From assembly GCA_044344255.1 (NCBI GenBank), contig JBIJDH010000026.1:1-64000 (forward strand): a stretch of DNA of 64,000 bases. The letters are read 5' to 3'. Source of the stretch: Myxococcota bacterium (GTDB taxonomy: Bacteria; Myxococcota_A; UBA796; UBA2385). Shown piece by piece: positions 7,750 through 17,932 of this stretch (position 1 is its first letter; each line of letters begins with the position of its first letter). The notes below the pieces were generated by a model that saw only the letters and a program-made list of their open reading frames with translations, ran no database searches and was not told the DNA's origin. Made by a program: the position numbers and the translations under genes.

Positions 7750-10700
7750 CGAAGCTCGACGGAGTGGGGGAGCCCGTCGTCCACCAGGGTGACGTGGCTC
7801 TCGGGCGGCAGCCGCCCGTCCACCACCACCTGTCCCTGTACCTCCCCCTCGGCCACGGGCCGGGCGGCGATCGTGTACAGAGAGCGACGGTGACGGTAGC
7901 GGATCGTGAAGCCCGGCCAGGAGGGCGGCACGCAGGGGGTGAAGGTCAGCCGGTCGACCGAGCGGTTGAGCCCGAGCAGGGACTCGACGACGAGGCGCAA
8001 CATCCAGCCCGCGGAGCCCGTGTACCAGCTCCAACCGCCGAGGCCCGCGTGGGGCGCGACCGCATAGACGTCGGCGGCCAGCACGTAGGGCTCCACGCGG
8101 TACCGATCGCGGGCCTCGGCGGAGCCCACGTGCGACAGGGGGTTGATCATCCAGGTGAGCTCGTGCGCCCGCGACCAGTCACCGAGCCGGGCGAAGGCCA
8201 TCGCCGCCCAGATCGCGGCGTGTGTGTACTGGCCGCCATTCTCGCGCACCCCCGGCACGTATCCCTGGATGTATCCCGGGCTCGGCAGCGCCCGATCGAA
8301 GGGAGGGTCGAAGAGCTTGATGATGCCGTGGTCGCGATCGACCAGCCGCGTGTCCACCGACTCCATCGCCTGTCGGGCCCGGGCCCGGGGGCCGGCCTGG
8401 GAGAGCACGGCCCAGGACTGGGGGAGCGAGTCGATCTGGCACTCCACGTTCTCGCGGGAGCCGAGCGCCTCTCCCCCGTCGAACCAGGCTCGTCGGTACC
8501 AGTCGCCGTCCCAGGCGTGGATCTCGATGTTGGCGGCGAGCTGCGCCGCCTCCCTCAGACAGGTGTCGTGGAACTCGGTGTCGCCCCGGCCGAGGGCCAC
8601 CGGCGCGAAGCCGCAGAGCACGTCGTAGAGGAAGAAGGCCAGCCAGACGCTCTCCCCGCGGCCGCGGAGCCCGACCAGGTTCATCCCGTCGCTCCAGTCG
8701 CCGGAGCCGATGAGGGGGAGCCCGTGGGGGCCGAATTTCAGGCCGTATTGAATGGCCCGGACGCAGTGCTCATAGACGGTGGCCGACTGCTCGGAGCGGC
8801 GGGGTTGATCTCCATAGGCCTCCTCGTCGGGCTTGACCTGTCGCCCTTCCAGGAAGTGGGCCGTCACGTCGAGGAGCCCCGTGTCGCCGATGCCGAGCAC
8901 GTACCGGCTGACCGCCGCCGGCAGCCAGAGGTAGTCGTCGGAGCAGTGGGTGCGCACGCCCTGACCAGCCGGGGGGTGCCACCAGTGCTGCACGTCGCCG
9001 TCCTGGTACTGGCGGGCGCTGCAGCGAACGATCTGCTCCCTGAGCAGCTCGGGCCGGGTGTGCAGGAGGGCCATCGCGTCCTGGAGCTGATCGCGGAAGC
9101 CGAAGGCCCCCCCCGACTGGTAGTAGCCCGTGCGGGCCCACAGCCGGCAGCTGATGATCTGATAGGGGATCCAGCCGTTGACGAGGACGTCCATCGCGGG
9201 GTCCGGCGTCTCGACCTGCACCGTGGACAGCACCTGCTCCCAGTGGCGCTTCACCTCGGCCAGGGCGACCTTCGCGTGGGCGGGGTGACCGAAGCGCCGG
9301 ATGAGGGTGCGCACGTCGCCGACGTCGCGCCCGACCCCCAGCAGGAAGCTGACCTCGCGCTCCTCCCCGGGGGCCAGCACGATCACGGCCTGCATCGCGG
9401 CGGCGGCGTCAAGGCCGGCCCCGACGCGCCCGGACAGGCGCTCCCTCCCCATCGCCGCCGGGTGGGAGTACCGCCCGTTCCGCCCAAGGAGCTCGGTCCG
9501 ATCGCCGGTGACGCTGCGCCGCCGCTCGGAGAGGTCGAAGAAGCCGATCCGAGCGCCGAATTCCCGGTGATAGAAGTTTCGGGCCAGGAGGGCATCGGAG
9601 ACGGGGTCGATCTCCGTGGTGACGTGGAGGAGGCTCTGGGCCCGCTGCTCGCCCAGCACCCACTCCACCGCGCCGGTCACCGAGAGGCTTCGGCTGCGGG
9701 TAGAGCGGTTCACCAGTCGGATCACCGTGATCTTCACCGGCGCGTCGATGGCGACGAAGGTGGTGAGCTCGGACTCGATGCCGTTGCCGGTGTGCGAGAA
9801 GGTCGAGTACCCGAAGCCGTGGCGGGTGATGTAGGGCGAGGGGCCCCGGGCCGGCAGCGGGGTGGGCGACCAGAAGAGCCCCGTCTCCTCGTCGCGCAGA
9901 TAGAAGGCCTCGCCGCTGCGGTCGGTGAGGGCGTCGTTCTCCCAGGGTGTCAGTCGGAATTCGTGCGCGTTCTCGCACCAGGTGTACGCGCCGCCGCTCT
10001 CGGAGATGACGGTGCCGAAGTGTGGGTTGGCGATCACGTTCGCCCAGGGGGCGGGGGTCAGGCGCGCGGCGGTGGTCTCGATCTGGTAGGCCCGGCCGTC
10101 CTTCACGAAGCCGCCGAGCGTGTTGGCGAAGAGGAGCTCGTCCCGCGCGGGGAGGCTTCGGGAGAGGGGGGGCGGCGCCAGGGCCGCGGCCTGGAGCGTG
10201 GCGGGGAGGGTGGGCACGAGCCGGGGCATGGTCAGGGTCGGGCGTGCCCACCGGAGGTCCTGCTGGGGGAGATCGCCCCCGCCCTCGCGGAGCAGGATTC
10301 GGGCCAGGACCTGCACGAGCACGCGGTCTTCGTCGGCAAATTGTTCGAGGCGTCGCACAAAGATGCCGCCGGGGACGTCGAGGGCGGAGGAGGGCCCCGT
10401 CGCGGCGATCACCGCGAGGATCTGCTCCTGGAGGGCGCGGAGATAGGCGCTGTCCGTCTCGTGACAGATGACGAGATCGACCGCGAGGCCCATGCTTCGC
10501 CAGTACCCGTGGGCCTGGACGACCTGGCGGACGAGGTCGATGGAGTCTGTCGTGGCCACCCGGAGGAGCACGATCGGCAGGTCACCCGAGATCCCGTAGG
10601 CCCACAGGCTCGATTGCCCTCGCCGGTTCCGGGCGAGCAGCCCCGGCGGCGCGCGCCGGAGCGGGTTCGCGTACAACAGCGAGCTCGCCATTCGGAGGTA

Positions 10701-11753
10701 GATCTGGGCCGCGGCGTCGCACACGCCGAGCTGCTGCAGCACGACCTGACGGTGCGTCCACGCGAGCTCGAAGACCCGGTCGCCGAGGTGGCGGTCGCGG
10801 TACTTATCGACCAGCAGCAGCGCGGCCTCTCGCGTGGGCGCGACGCCGGTCACCATGTGCAGGCTCAGGGACTGTTCGGGGGCCAGGGTCACCCGACAGC
10901 GGATGGCCACGATGGGGTCGAGCACGGAGCCGTCTGTGCCCTTGAGCTCGCCCTTCGGCGAGGCGACGCTGCGCCCCCGGCCGATGAAGGTGCGCCGGTC
11001 GGTCTCGAAGCTCATGGTGCCGTCCATCTGCCCGTGAACGACGAGGAGATGGAGCAGCACCGGGCTCTGCTCGTCGTCGTCGCGGGGCCGGCGGCTGCAG
11101 AGGATGGCCTGCTTCTGGGCGATGATCTCGGTCTGGACAAAGAGGTTGCTGAAGGCGGGGTGGGCGTTGTCGTCGGCCGGCGGGGCGAGCACCACCTCGG
11201 CGTAGGTGGTGAGCTCGAGGGTGCGGCGCCGATTGGAACGATTGAAGAGGGTGAACTTGCGGAGCTCGATGTCGTCCTCGGGGGACACCGCGATCTCAGT
11301 GTGGGTGTCTATCCCATGGTCCCGGCGACGAAACTCGGCGCGAGACTGGGGGAAGATCGCCTCGTAGACCTCGGCGGTCCGCCCGGTGGGCTGGTGAGCG
11401 ACGGACCAGGCCTCGCCGCCGGAGACGTCCCGGACGTAACAGAAGGTGCCCCAGTCATCCCGGGTGGGGTCCTCGCGCCACCGCGTGAGGGCGAGGCCCT
11501 TCCACCGGCTGTACCCGCCGCCCGCGTTGGTCACCATCACCGAGTAGCGCCCATTCGAGAGCAGGTGCACCTCGGGGTGCGGGGTTGTGGCGGTGCTCAC
11601 GACATAGAGCTCGGCCCCGGCCACGTCCTGGGAGGGTGCGCCCTCGGTCACCTCCCGGGCGTGGGGATAGAGGGGGGCCAGCTTGGTGACCCGCTCGTGG
11701 AGGAGGAGCTCCGTCGCCTTGAAGCTGGGGCGGGACTGGAAGCGCCGCTGCAT
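7743..11753 (-). CDS. ndvB: Cyclic beta-1,2-glucan synthase, C-terminal part (GH94 phosphorylase domains)
   Basis: HLLSNGRYSVMVTNAGGGYSRW, TPAPWANVIAN, YQSGGAFGFRDQLQD, GDWSDGMN, YVPGVRENGGQYTH, WYTGSAGW. Confidence 0.9.
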   Translation of the reverse strand: MQRRFQSRPSFKATELLLHERVTKLAPLYPHAREVTEGAPSQDVAGAELYVVSTATTPHPEVHLLSNGRYSVMVTNAGGGYSRWKGLALTRWREDPTRDDWGTFCYVRDVSGGEAWSVAHQPTGRTAEVYEAIFPQSRAEFRRRDHGIDTHTEIAVSPEDDIELRKFTLFNRSNRRRTLELTTYAEVVLAPPADDNAHPAFSNLFVQTEIIAQKQAILCSRRPRDDDEQSPVLLHLLVVHGQMDGTMSFETDRRTFIGRGRSVASPKGELKGTDGSVLDPIVAIRCRVTLAPEQSLSLHMVTGVAPTREAALLLVDKYRDRHLGDRVFELAWTHRQVVLQQLGVCDAAAQIYLRMASSLLYANPLRRAPPGLLARNRRGQSSLWAYGISGDLPIVLLRVATTDSIDLVRQVVQAHGYWRSMGLAVDLVICHETDSAYLRALQEQILAVIAATGPSSALDVPGGIFVRRLEQFADEDRVLVQVLARILLREGGGDLPQQDLRWARPTLTMPRLVPTLPATLQAAALAPPPLSRSLPARDELLFANTLGGFVKDGRAYQIETTAARLTPAPWANVIANPHFGTVISESGGAYTWCENAHEFRLTPWENDALTDRSGEAFYLRDEETGLFWSPTPLPARGPSPYITRHGFGYSTFSHTGNGIESELTTFVAIDAPVKITVIRLVNRSTRSRSLSVTGAVEWVLGEQRAQSLLHVTTEIDPVSDALLARNFYHREFGARIGFFDLSERRRSVTGDRTELLGRNGRYSHPAAMGRERLSGRVGAGLDAAAAMQAVIVLAPGEEREVSFLLGVGRDVGDVRTLIRRFGHPAHAKVALAEVKRHWEQVLSTVQVETPDPAMDVLVNGWIPYQIISCRLWARTGYYQSGGAFGFRDQLQDAMALLHTRPELLREQIVRCSARQYQDGDVQHWWHPPAGQGVRTHCSDDYLWLPAAVSRYVLGIGDTGLLDVTAHFLEGRQVKPDEEAYGDQPRRSEQSATVYEHCVRAIQYGLKFGPHGLPLIGSGDWSDGMNLVGLRGRGESVWLAFFLYDVLCGFAPVALGRGDTEFHDTCLREAAQLAANIEIHAWDGDWYRRAWFDGGEALGSRENVECQIDSLPQSWAVLSQAGPRARARQAMESVDTRLVDRDHGIIKLFDPPFDRALPSPGYIQGYVPGVRENGGQYTHAAIWAAMAFARLGDWSRAHELTWMINPLSHVGSAEARDRYRVEPYVLAADVYAVAPHAGLGGWSWYTGSAGWMLRLVVESLLGLNRSVDRLTFTPCVPPSWPGFTIRYRHRRSLYTIAARPVAEGEVQGQVVVDGRLPPESHVTLVDDGLPHSVELRY

Positions 11754-14700
11754 GGGCGGTCGAGCAAGGCGTAGACGATGGAGAGGAGGCTCATCCCCTG
11801 GTGGTGGGCCATATAGGACTGGATCACCGCGTGGGTCTGCCCCTGCGCGAGCCGTGACGGGGTGTAGTCGATGGCCTCATAGAAGCCGTACTGGCCTTCG
11901 AAGCCGAGCTCCCGCATCCGGCTGAGGTTCGCCAGCGCCGCCTCGGGATCCACCATCAAGGCCATCGCGGTGGCGTAGGGCGCGATCACCCGATCTTCGG
12001 CGAGGCCGCGCTTGAAGCCCAAGCCGGGGACGCCGAAGGCCCGATATTGGTAGTTGAGGTGGGCGTCCGTCGTGTTGTAGCCGGCCTCGGAGACCCCCCA
12101 CGGGATGCCGAGCTGCTGCCCGTACTCGATCTGTCGCCGAACGACCGTGCGATAGGTCTGGTGGAGGAGCGTGCCGGGGAAGGTCGGCATCACCAGCAGG
12201 GGCATCAGGTACTCGAACATCGAGCCGCTCCAGGACAGGAGCGCGGCCTCGTTCCGAAAGGACGTGACGAGGCGCCCGAGGGCGAACCAGTGGGCCTGCG
12301 GCACCTCCCCTTGAGCGACGGCCACGTAGCTCACGATGCGGGCCTCGGAGGCGAGCAGGTCGTAACAGCCGGCGTCCCTCCGGTGGTCCGAGACGTTGTA
12401 GCCGATCGAGAAGAGGTGCCGGGCCGTGTCGTAGAGGAAGTCGTAGTCGACGAGGGCGAAGGCCTCTGCTCGTTCGGAGAGCTCTGCGGCTGACCGGATG
12501 CACGCCTCGGCCGCCTCACTCGACTCGCGCAGCAGGGCCGCTTCGGGCCCGCCCTCGGGCTCGAGCAGCAGGCCGAGCGCGGCGACCCCCCGGAGCGTGG
12601 GGATGGCCATGTCGGCGCGGAGGGAGGGGGCCGCCCGCTGCGCCCAGGTCGAGCCCAGTAGGCCAATCCAGGGCGTGAAGGTGGCGAGCGGCAAGGTGAG
12701 CGTGTCTCGACACTGCGCGGAGAGGGCCCCGAGCCAGCGGCGTGCTTCGTCTCCCAGCTCCTGCGGCTCGGCCGAGAGCTCGCGGATGGCCTCCTGGGCC
12801 GCGGTGGCGAGCAGGGCGGCCGCTCCCAGGGTCGAGGGGGCGACCTCGAGCCGCCGGCGGAGCGGCGCGAGGCGGGCTCCCAGGGCCGGGGCCGCGGAGC
12901 CGAGGAGATCGATGGTGTCGGCGAGCCCCCTCCAGGCGGTGGGCGGGATCACCATCGTGTCGCCGAGACCCCGCAGGCCCGGGCTGAGGGTGAGGAGGTG
13001 GGCGCTCAGGTTTCCGCTGTCGACCGTCGAGACATAGGCCGGGAGCAGCGGCGCCAGCGTCCGGGTGTCGTACCAGTTGTAGAAGTGCCGGCGGAAGCGC
13101 TCGAGCTTGTCGAGGGTGTTGAAGGTGCGCTGCGTCCGCTCGAGCAGCGACTCGGTGGAGAGGTAGCCGAGGTCATGGGCCGCGAGGTTCGAGAGGAGGC
13201 TGAGGCCGATGTTGGTGGGCGAGGTGCGGTGGGCGACCGCCGCGACCGGTGCCTCCTGCATGTTGTCGGGCGGGAGGTGATTGTCTTCTGGGCCCACGAA
13301 GGTCTCGAAGAAGAGCCAGCTCTTCCGCGCGAGCCGGCGCAGCGCGGCCTCACCGTCGGCGGACAGGCCGCGGGTCTCCTCTCGCCGATCGGCGCTCAGC
13401 CAGGCGGCGAGCAGGGGAGAGAGGGCCCAGGGGACCAGGAGGACGAGCAGGAGGGGCAGCCCCGGCCGCAGCAGGCCGCCGTCTTGTTGGAACCGCGCGA
13501 GCAGGATCGCCGCGCAGAGCACGGGGCCGAGGGCCATCGAACGATAGAAGTCCGTCAGTCGACCGCGGCGGTGATCGCCGGGGCCGGGGGCCGCCCGCCA
13601 CTCGAGCAGCCTCCGCTGCGTGAGCAGCATCCGCACCCCCGAGCGGGAGATGGCGTCGACGCTGTTGCCTGCGTCCTCCGGGAGGAAGATGATCGAGAGG
13701 GCGACGTGGGAGAGGCGGTGGATCGCGGCCCGGCCCTCGAAGAGGAGGTGGGCGCCGAGGCGGGTGTCGGCGGGGACTCGGAGGAGGGCCGCGGTGGCGG
13801 CGACCAGCGGCGGCAGGAGGTAGAGGGTGAGCAGGCCGACGGCGACCAGCCCCGGGCGGGGGAGCAGGATGAGCCCCGCCACCGCGAGCGTGAGCGTCGT
13901 GACGGGGACGACGCTGCGGCGCAGGTTGTCGGCGAGCTTCCACCGGGAGAGGAGGCTGAGGCGGTTGCGCCGCCAGACGCGGCCCCGATCGGGCGCCCAC
14001 GGCAGGAGCCAGTAGAGGATCTGCCAGTCGCCGCGCATCCACCGGCGACGCCGCGCGCCGTCCTCAAGGAGGTGGCTCGGGTGGTCCTCATAGAGCAGCA
14101 CATCGCTCACGAGCCCGCTACGGGCGAAGCAGCCCTCGATCAGGTCATGGCTGAGGATGAGGTTGTCGGGGAGCTGGCTCCCGAGGGCCGACATGAAGGC
14201 GTCGACGTCGTAGATCCCCTTGCCTACGAAGGAGCCCTCTCGGAAGAGGTCTTGATAGACGTCGGAGACGGCCTGCGAGTAGGGGTCGGTGCCGGCTTCA
14301 CCCGCGTTCAGGCGGACGTACCAGGACCGCCGCGTGGAGGGCAGGTCGATCGCCACCCGCGGCTGGAGGATGCCGTACCCCTCCCGCACCATCCCGGTGA
14401 GGGGGTCCAGGCGGGGGCGGTTCAAGGGGTGCGACAGGGTGCCGATCAGCTTGTCGGCCGCGTCTCGGGGGAGCCGCGTGTCGGTGTCGAGGGTGATGAC
14501 GAAGGCCGTGCCCTCGAGGCGGGCGCGGTCTCCGACCACCACCGAGAAGGAGGGGCTGTCGGCCCCGGGCGCCCGATCTCGCCCGCGCAGCAGATGATTG
14601 AGCGCCTCGAGCTTGCCCCGCTTCCGCTCGTAGCCCATCCAGCTCCGCTCTGCGGAATTCCACTTTCGAGGGCGATGAAAGAGGTAGAAGGGCCCGCTGG

Positions 14701-16399
14701 CGCCGTCCCCGTGTCGGGCGTTCAGCCTCTCGACCCCCGCCGATACGAGGGCGACGAGCTCGGCGTCGCCCTCGACGGTCTCCGTGGCCGCGTCACAGAA
14801 GTCTGTCAGGAGGCCAAAGGTGAGGTTTGGGGTCTGGTTGCCGAGGTAGCGCACCTCGAGGCCCTCCAGCAGCCCCTCGACCCGGTCCGGGCTCGACAGG
14901 AGGGTGGGCACCACCACCAGCGTCCGACGCGACTCTGGGATGGCCTCTGAGAAGTCGAGGCGCGGGAGCACCTCGGGGCTCTTGAGGCTGGTGGCCATCC
15001 AGTTCGCGGCCGCCACGCCGAGCTGACTGGCGGCCGGCAAGGCGAAGAGCACCACCCCGACGAGGAGGAGCCAGGAGTGGGTCGGCAGGGCCGCGAGCAG
15101 CACCAGGGGGAGGCCGAGCGTGAAGAGGGCCACCGTGCCGAAGTAGAGGGCGCCCCAGGCGGGGCGCTGGAGCCGGCGCCCGAGCAGGAGGCGACGCGGG
15201 AGGGTGGGGAGCGCCCGATCGAGCTCGAGGCGCCCCGCGTCTACGAGGAAGTAGCCCACGTGGGTCCGCCGCCGATCCCCGTCCGCGGTGGGGGCGGCCG
15301 CCGCGGCCAGGGCCAACGCCACCTCGGCCACCTCAACCTCTGGCCGCCGGGCCTGTCGCGCGAGGTCCTCGACCACGTGCCGGTAGCGGTCCCGGGTCTG
15401 GAAGTCCATCTGCACATAGACGTCCATGGGGTCGCGGCGGAGGACGGCCTCGACGTGGCTCGTCGCCTCGACGAAGTCCCTCCACACCACGGTGTCGAGG
15501 AAGCGCAGGCTCCCAATGCTGGAGCCGACCGACACCTGGTTGGCCGCTTGTTGCCGCGACTCGAGCTGCACCATCGCGCCCACCGAGCTGCCGATCTCGG
15601 TGAGCTGGTGGTGGATCCAGGCGATGGGGATGTCGACGAGCCCGCCCTTCTCTCGCAGCCGCTGGACGAAGTCGGCCACGAAGGCGCTCGTGAGCGGCGG
15701 GGCCGAGCGGGCCATGTCGGCCACGGCGAGCAGCACCGCGCCGGGGTCGCGCTCCGCGGCCTCGAGGATGTGGCTGGCCCAGCGCTGGGCGAGGTCTCGG
15801 TGCCGCATCCCCAGCCGCACCCGCTCGGCCACACGCCGCAGGTTCTCGATCAGCGCGAGCCGGATCATGATCGGCACCGCCCACAGCTCTCCCAAGGTGA
15901 GCGGCGCCACCGTTTGATAGGCCACGACGAAACGACGCAGGTTCTCCTCGTCGATCCGCCCGTCGACGTGGGCGATGATCTCGATCGCGATGTGATAGAC
16001 CCTCGGGTAGCCCTCGAAAGGGCCGGCGACGAGGTGCGGCAGTGCCCGGCTGTAGCCCCGCGGGAGGTGTCGGCGGGCGAGCCGAATCTGCTCCTCGACC
16101 AGCAGGAAGTTGTCGAGCAGCCACTCGCCGGCCGGAGAGATGTGGCGGCGCGCCTGCTGAGCCGCTCCGATCTGCTCGCTGGCGACGCGCAGGCGGTGCT
16201 TGTTGTCAGACAGGCGAGTCAGCAGGCGATCCTGCCCGCCCCGGTCTTGGACCACGTGCGTGCGCGCGAGGGAGCGGGCGTGATCCTCGAGCTGCTCGAG
16301 GTTGAACAGAAGGAAAGGAGGCGGCGCCCCAACCGAGTCCTCAAACGCACCGACGTCGGGGACAAACACCTTCCGGAACCAGCTCGAAAGCTCGCCCAT
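11648..16399 (-). CDS. ndvB: Cyclic beta-1,2-glucan synthase, N-terminal part (GT84, TM region, glucoamylase-like cyclisation domain)
   Basis: GEWLLDNF, ELWAVPIMIRLALIENL, WMGYERKRGKL, ITLDTDT, SHDLIEG, RWMRGDWQ, RTSPTNIGL, YDLLASEAR, SWSGSMFEYLMP, YMAHHQGMSL. ATG 16399 has RBS GGGAG. Confidence 0.9.
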   Translation of the reverse strand: MGELSSWFRKVFVPDVGAFEDSVGAPPPFLLFNLEQLEDHARSLARTHVVQDRGGQDRLLTRLSDNKHRLRVASEQIGAAQQARRHISPAGEWLLDNFLLVEEQIRLARRHLPRGYSRALPHLVAGPFEGYPRVYHIAIEIIAHVDGRIDEENLRRFVVAYQTVAPLTLGELWAVPIMIRLALIENLRRVAERVRLGMRHRDLAQRWASHILEAAERDPGAVLLAVADMARSAPPLTSAFVADFVQRLREKGGLVDIPIAWIHHQLTEIGSSVGAMVQLESRQQAANQVSVGSSIGSLRFLDTVVWRDFVEATSHVEAVLRRDPMDVYVQMDFQTRDRYRHVVEDLARQARRPEVEVAEVALALAAAAAPTADGDRRRTHVGYFLVDAGRLELDRALPTLPRRLLLGRRLQRPAWGALYFGTVALFTLGLPLVLLAALPTHSWLLLVGVVLFALPAASQLGVAAANWMATSLKSPEVLPRLDFSEAIPESRRTLVVVPTLLSSPDRVEGLLEGLEVRYLGNQTPNLTFGLLTDFCDAATETVEGDAELVALVSAGVERLNARHGDGASGPFYLFHRPRKWNSAERSWMGYERKRGKLEALNHLLRGRDRAPGADSPSFSVVVGDRARLEGTAFVITLDTDTRLPRDAADKLIGTLSHPLNRPRLDPLTGMVREGYGILQPRVAIDLPSTRRSWYVRLNAGEAGTDPYSQAVSDVYQDLFREGSFVGKGIYDVDAFMSALGSQLPDNLILSHDLIEGCFARSGLVSDVLLYEDHPSHLLEDGARRRRWMRGDWQILYWLLPWAPDRGRVWRRNRLSLLSRWKLADNLRRSVVPVTTLTLAVAGLILLPRPGLVAVGLLTLYLLPPLVAATAALLRVPADTRLGAHLLFEGRAAIHRLSHVALSIIFLPEDAGNSVDAISRSGVRMLLTQRRLLEWRAAPGPGDHRRGRLTDFYRSMALGPVLCAAILLARFQQDGGLLRPGLPLLLVLLVPWALSPLLAAWLSADRREETRGLSADGEAALRRLARKSWLFFETFVGPEDNHLPPDNMQEAPVAAVAHRTSPTNIGLSLLSNLAAHDLGYLSTESLLERTQRTFNTLDKLERFRRHFYNWYDTRTLAPLLPAYVSTVDSGNLSAHLLTLSPGLRGLGDTMVIPPTAWRGLADTIDLLGSAAPALGARLAPLRRRLEVAPSTLGAAALLATAAQEAIRELSAEPQELGDEARRWLGALSAQCRDTLTLPLATFTPWIGLLGSTWAQRAAPSLRADMAIPTLRGVAALGLLLEPEGGPEAALLRESSEAAEACIRSAAELSERAEAFALVDYDFLYDTARHLFSIGYNVSDHRRDAGCYDLLASEARIVSYVAVAQGEVPQAHWFALGRLVTSFRNEAALLSWSGSMFEYLMPLLVMPTFPGTLLHQTYRTVVRRQIEYGQQLGIPWGVSEAGYNTTDAHLNYQYRAFGVPGLGFKRGLAEDRVIAPYATAMALMVDPEAALANLSRMRELGFEGQYGFYEAIDYTPSRLAQGQTHAVIQSYMAHHQGMSLLSIVYALLDRPCSGASSPAPASRRRSSSSTSGSPSWPPSIPTPGR

Positions 16400-16661
16400 G
16401 CGCACTCCCGGCGAACCACGGCGGCTCTGCCGCGGGACGCGCTCGATAGCACCCGCTCTCGGGGAGCCCTGATTTGTGGCGCCTCTCCGACGGTCCTGCA
16501 TCCTTATCACATTCCCATCTTTCCACAACCCGGAAAGAGGAGGCCCCCGCAGGCGAACGGACAAGCAGGCTGACGGACAGGATCCATCAAAGTGAGCGGG
16601 GTGGGCGTGTCCGTCGTCGTGCAGGTGGAGCCAAGTGGCTGTAATCGCTCGATTTGAAGCT

Positions 16662-16677
16662 TGGCACAAGATGTGCA
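16662..16677 (+). promoter_or_regulatory. Putative sigma54 promoter for the small stress-protein cluster
   Basis: TGGCAC-AAGAT-GTGCA with GG-N10-GC spacing. Confidence 0.5.
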
Positions 16678-16788
16678 GCCAACCCGATCGACAGCGCACC
16701 CAAGCCGCAGTTCACCCGAGTCATAAACCGCACTCCCCGTCGATGCTTCGAGCAGACGTGGAGAGCTTTGCGCGCATGTGGAGACGTC

Positions 16789-17034
16789 ATGATTCAACAC
16801 AGACCGGAAGAGAACAGCGAAGAGACTGAGGCCTGGATCCGGCAGCTCCGAGAGGAGCTCGCCACCCTCGGTCTCCGCCCGGCCGACGGTCCGCTGGAGG
16901 GGCTCTCTCCGAACCCGGCCACGGGCATGGATGCCGTCCGAAGCGCTTCCAGTGGGCATCTCCTGAATCCCTTGCTCCCCCTCCGTCCCATCCAAACGGC
17001 CCCAACCTTTCGGAAGGGCCCCTCTCAGGAGTGA
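16789..17034 (+). CDS. Small hypothetical protein
   Basis: ATG with RBS GGAGA; amphipathic helix EAWIRQLREELATLGL; ends just before the next gene. Confidence 0.35.
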   Translation: MIQHRPEENSEETEAWIRQLREELATLGLRPADGPLEGLSPNPATGMDAVRSASSGHLLNPLLPLRPIQTAPTFRKGPSQE

Positions 17035-17037
17035 ACC

Positions 17038-17187
17038 GTGCTCTGGACCATCGCCGTCATCCTGCTCGTCTTGTGGGCCTTAGGGCTCGTGACCTCCAAC
17101 ACCATGGGTGGCTTCATCCATGTCCTGCTCGTGACGGCGATCATCGTCGTGCTGGTACGGATCATCCAAAGGCGGCGGATCGCCTGA
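17038..17187 (+). CDS. lmo0937-family (DUF5670) small membrane protein, 49 aa, not in the ORF track
   Basis: GTG start with RBS AGGAG; MLWTIAVILLVLWALGLVTSNTMGGFIHVLLVTAIIVVLVRIIQRRRIA. Confidence 0.9.
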   Translation: MLWTIAVILLVLWALGLVTSNTMGGFIHVLLVTAIIVVLVRIIQRRRIA

Positions 17188-17229
17188 GACGTTCGCGTCG
17201 CGGATGGATCATGAGGACAGGAGAGACCC

Positions 17230-17619
17230 ATGGACAGGAGGGAGAGAGAGATGGCGGCTGACGACACGATGGGCGAGCTGGCGGAGGACGTCGCTGCGGC
17301 CTTCGGAGGCCAGCTCGAGCTTCACATCGAGCTCCTCAAGGCGGAGGTCTCCCGCGACGCGGGGCGCCTCGGCCACGCGCTGCTCCCGCTCGGCCTCGCC
17401 CTGCCCCCTCTCCTGCTTGGATATACGCTGTGCTGCTTCGCGGCCAGCGTCTCCTTCGGCCTTTGGCTGGGGCCCGCCGCGGGGCCGGCCCTCGTCGGAG
17501 GGCTCAACCTCGCGGCCGGCTTCGTATTCGCGCAGGTCGGGATCCGTCGACTCCGTGTCCGCGCTCAGCCCACCGTCGCGCCACCGCGCCCTCCTGCCGA
17601 GGTCCACCATGTTGGATGA
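17230..17619 (+). CDS. Phage_holin_3_6/YqjE-like two-TM membrane protein
   Basis: ELHIELLKAEV helix followed by two TM segments; start may be 17251. Confidence 0.7.
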   Translation: MDRREREMAADDTMGELAEDVAAAFGGQLELHIELLKAEVSRDAGRLGHALLPLGLALPPLLLGYTLCCFAASVSFGLWLGPAAGPALVGGLNLAAGFVFAQVGIRRLRVRAQPTVAPPRPPAEVHHVG

Positions 17620-17872
17620 GTCCCCCCTGTCGGATGAAGCCAGAATGTCCGATCAGACCGCCTTCATCCTCTCGACCACCCCCGAAGACCGTCGGGTAGA
17701 CGCGGCGCGAGCCCGGCTCGATCGGGCCCGTCGCCGGACCCGCGGGACCCTGGTCGCGTTCCGCAGCGAGCTGTCCGAGCAGGCGGACTGGCGTACCTGG
17801 TATCGCGCCCGCCCCGGCGTCGCGCTCCTCAGCGCCTTCTTCGTGGGGCTCATCCTCGGCAGCCGTCGATAG
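17609..17872 (+). CDS. DUF3618/YqjK-like tail-anchored protein
   Basis: Coiled coil, then DWRTWYRARP and a C-terminal TM ending GSRR. Confidence 0.65.
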   Translation: MLDESPLSDEARMSDQTAFILSTTPEDRRVDAARARLDRARRRTRGTLVAFRSELSEQADWRTWYRARPGVALLSAFFVGLILGSRR

Positions 17873-17932
17873 GGCGCCATCCCCCTCCGCTCCGTTCGCC
17901 TCCTTCACACCGTCCCGCCTCTGGAGCCTGTC

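Larger units (their letters stand above)
7743..16399 (-). pseudogene. ndvB: cgs/ndvB/chvB split into two frames by a 1-nt deletion at about 11754
   Basis: Minus strand reads GAC CGC CC ATG CAG CGG; the conserved run ...LLDRP-MQRRF...ELLL.ER is continuous only if one base is added. Confidence 0.7.

Noticed and set aside
7764..11774. Very long antisense ORFs (7764..11774 +, 35710..39819 +, 39318..44147 -, 49411..53973 -, 689..2605 -)
   Set aside because: They are shadow frames opposite well-supported genes, expected in high-GC DNA, and show no recognisable motifs.
17230..17619. Holin-like gene as evidence of a prophage
   Set aside because: No endolysin, structural or integrase genes; the context is a stress operon.
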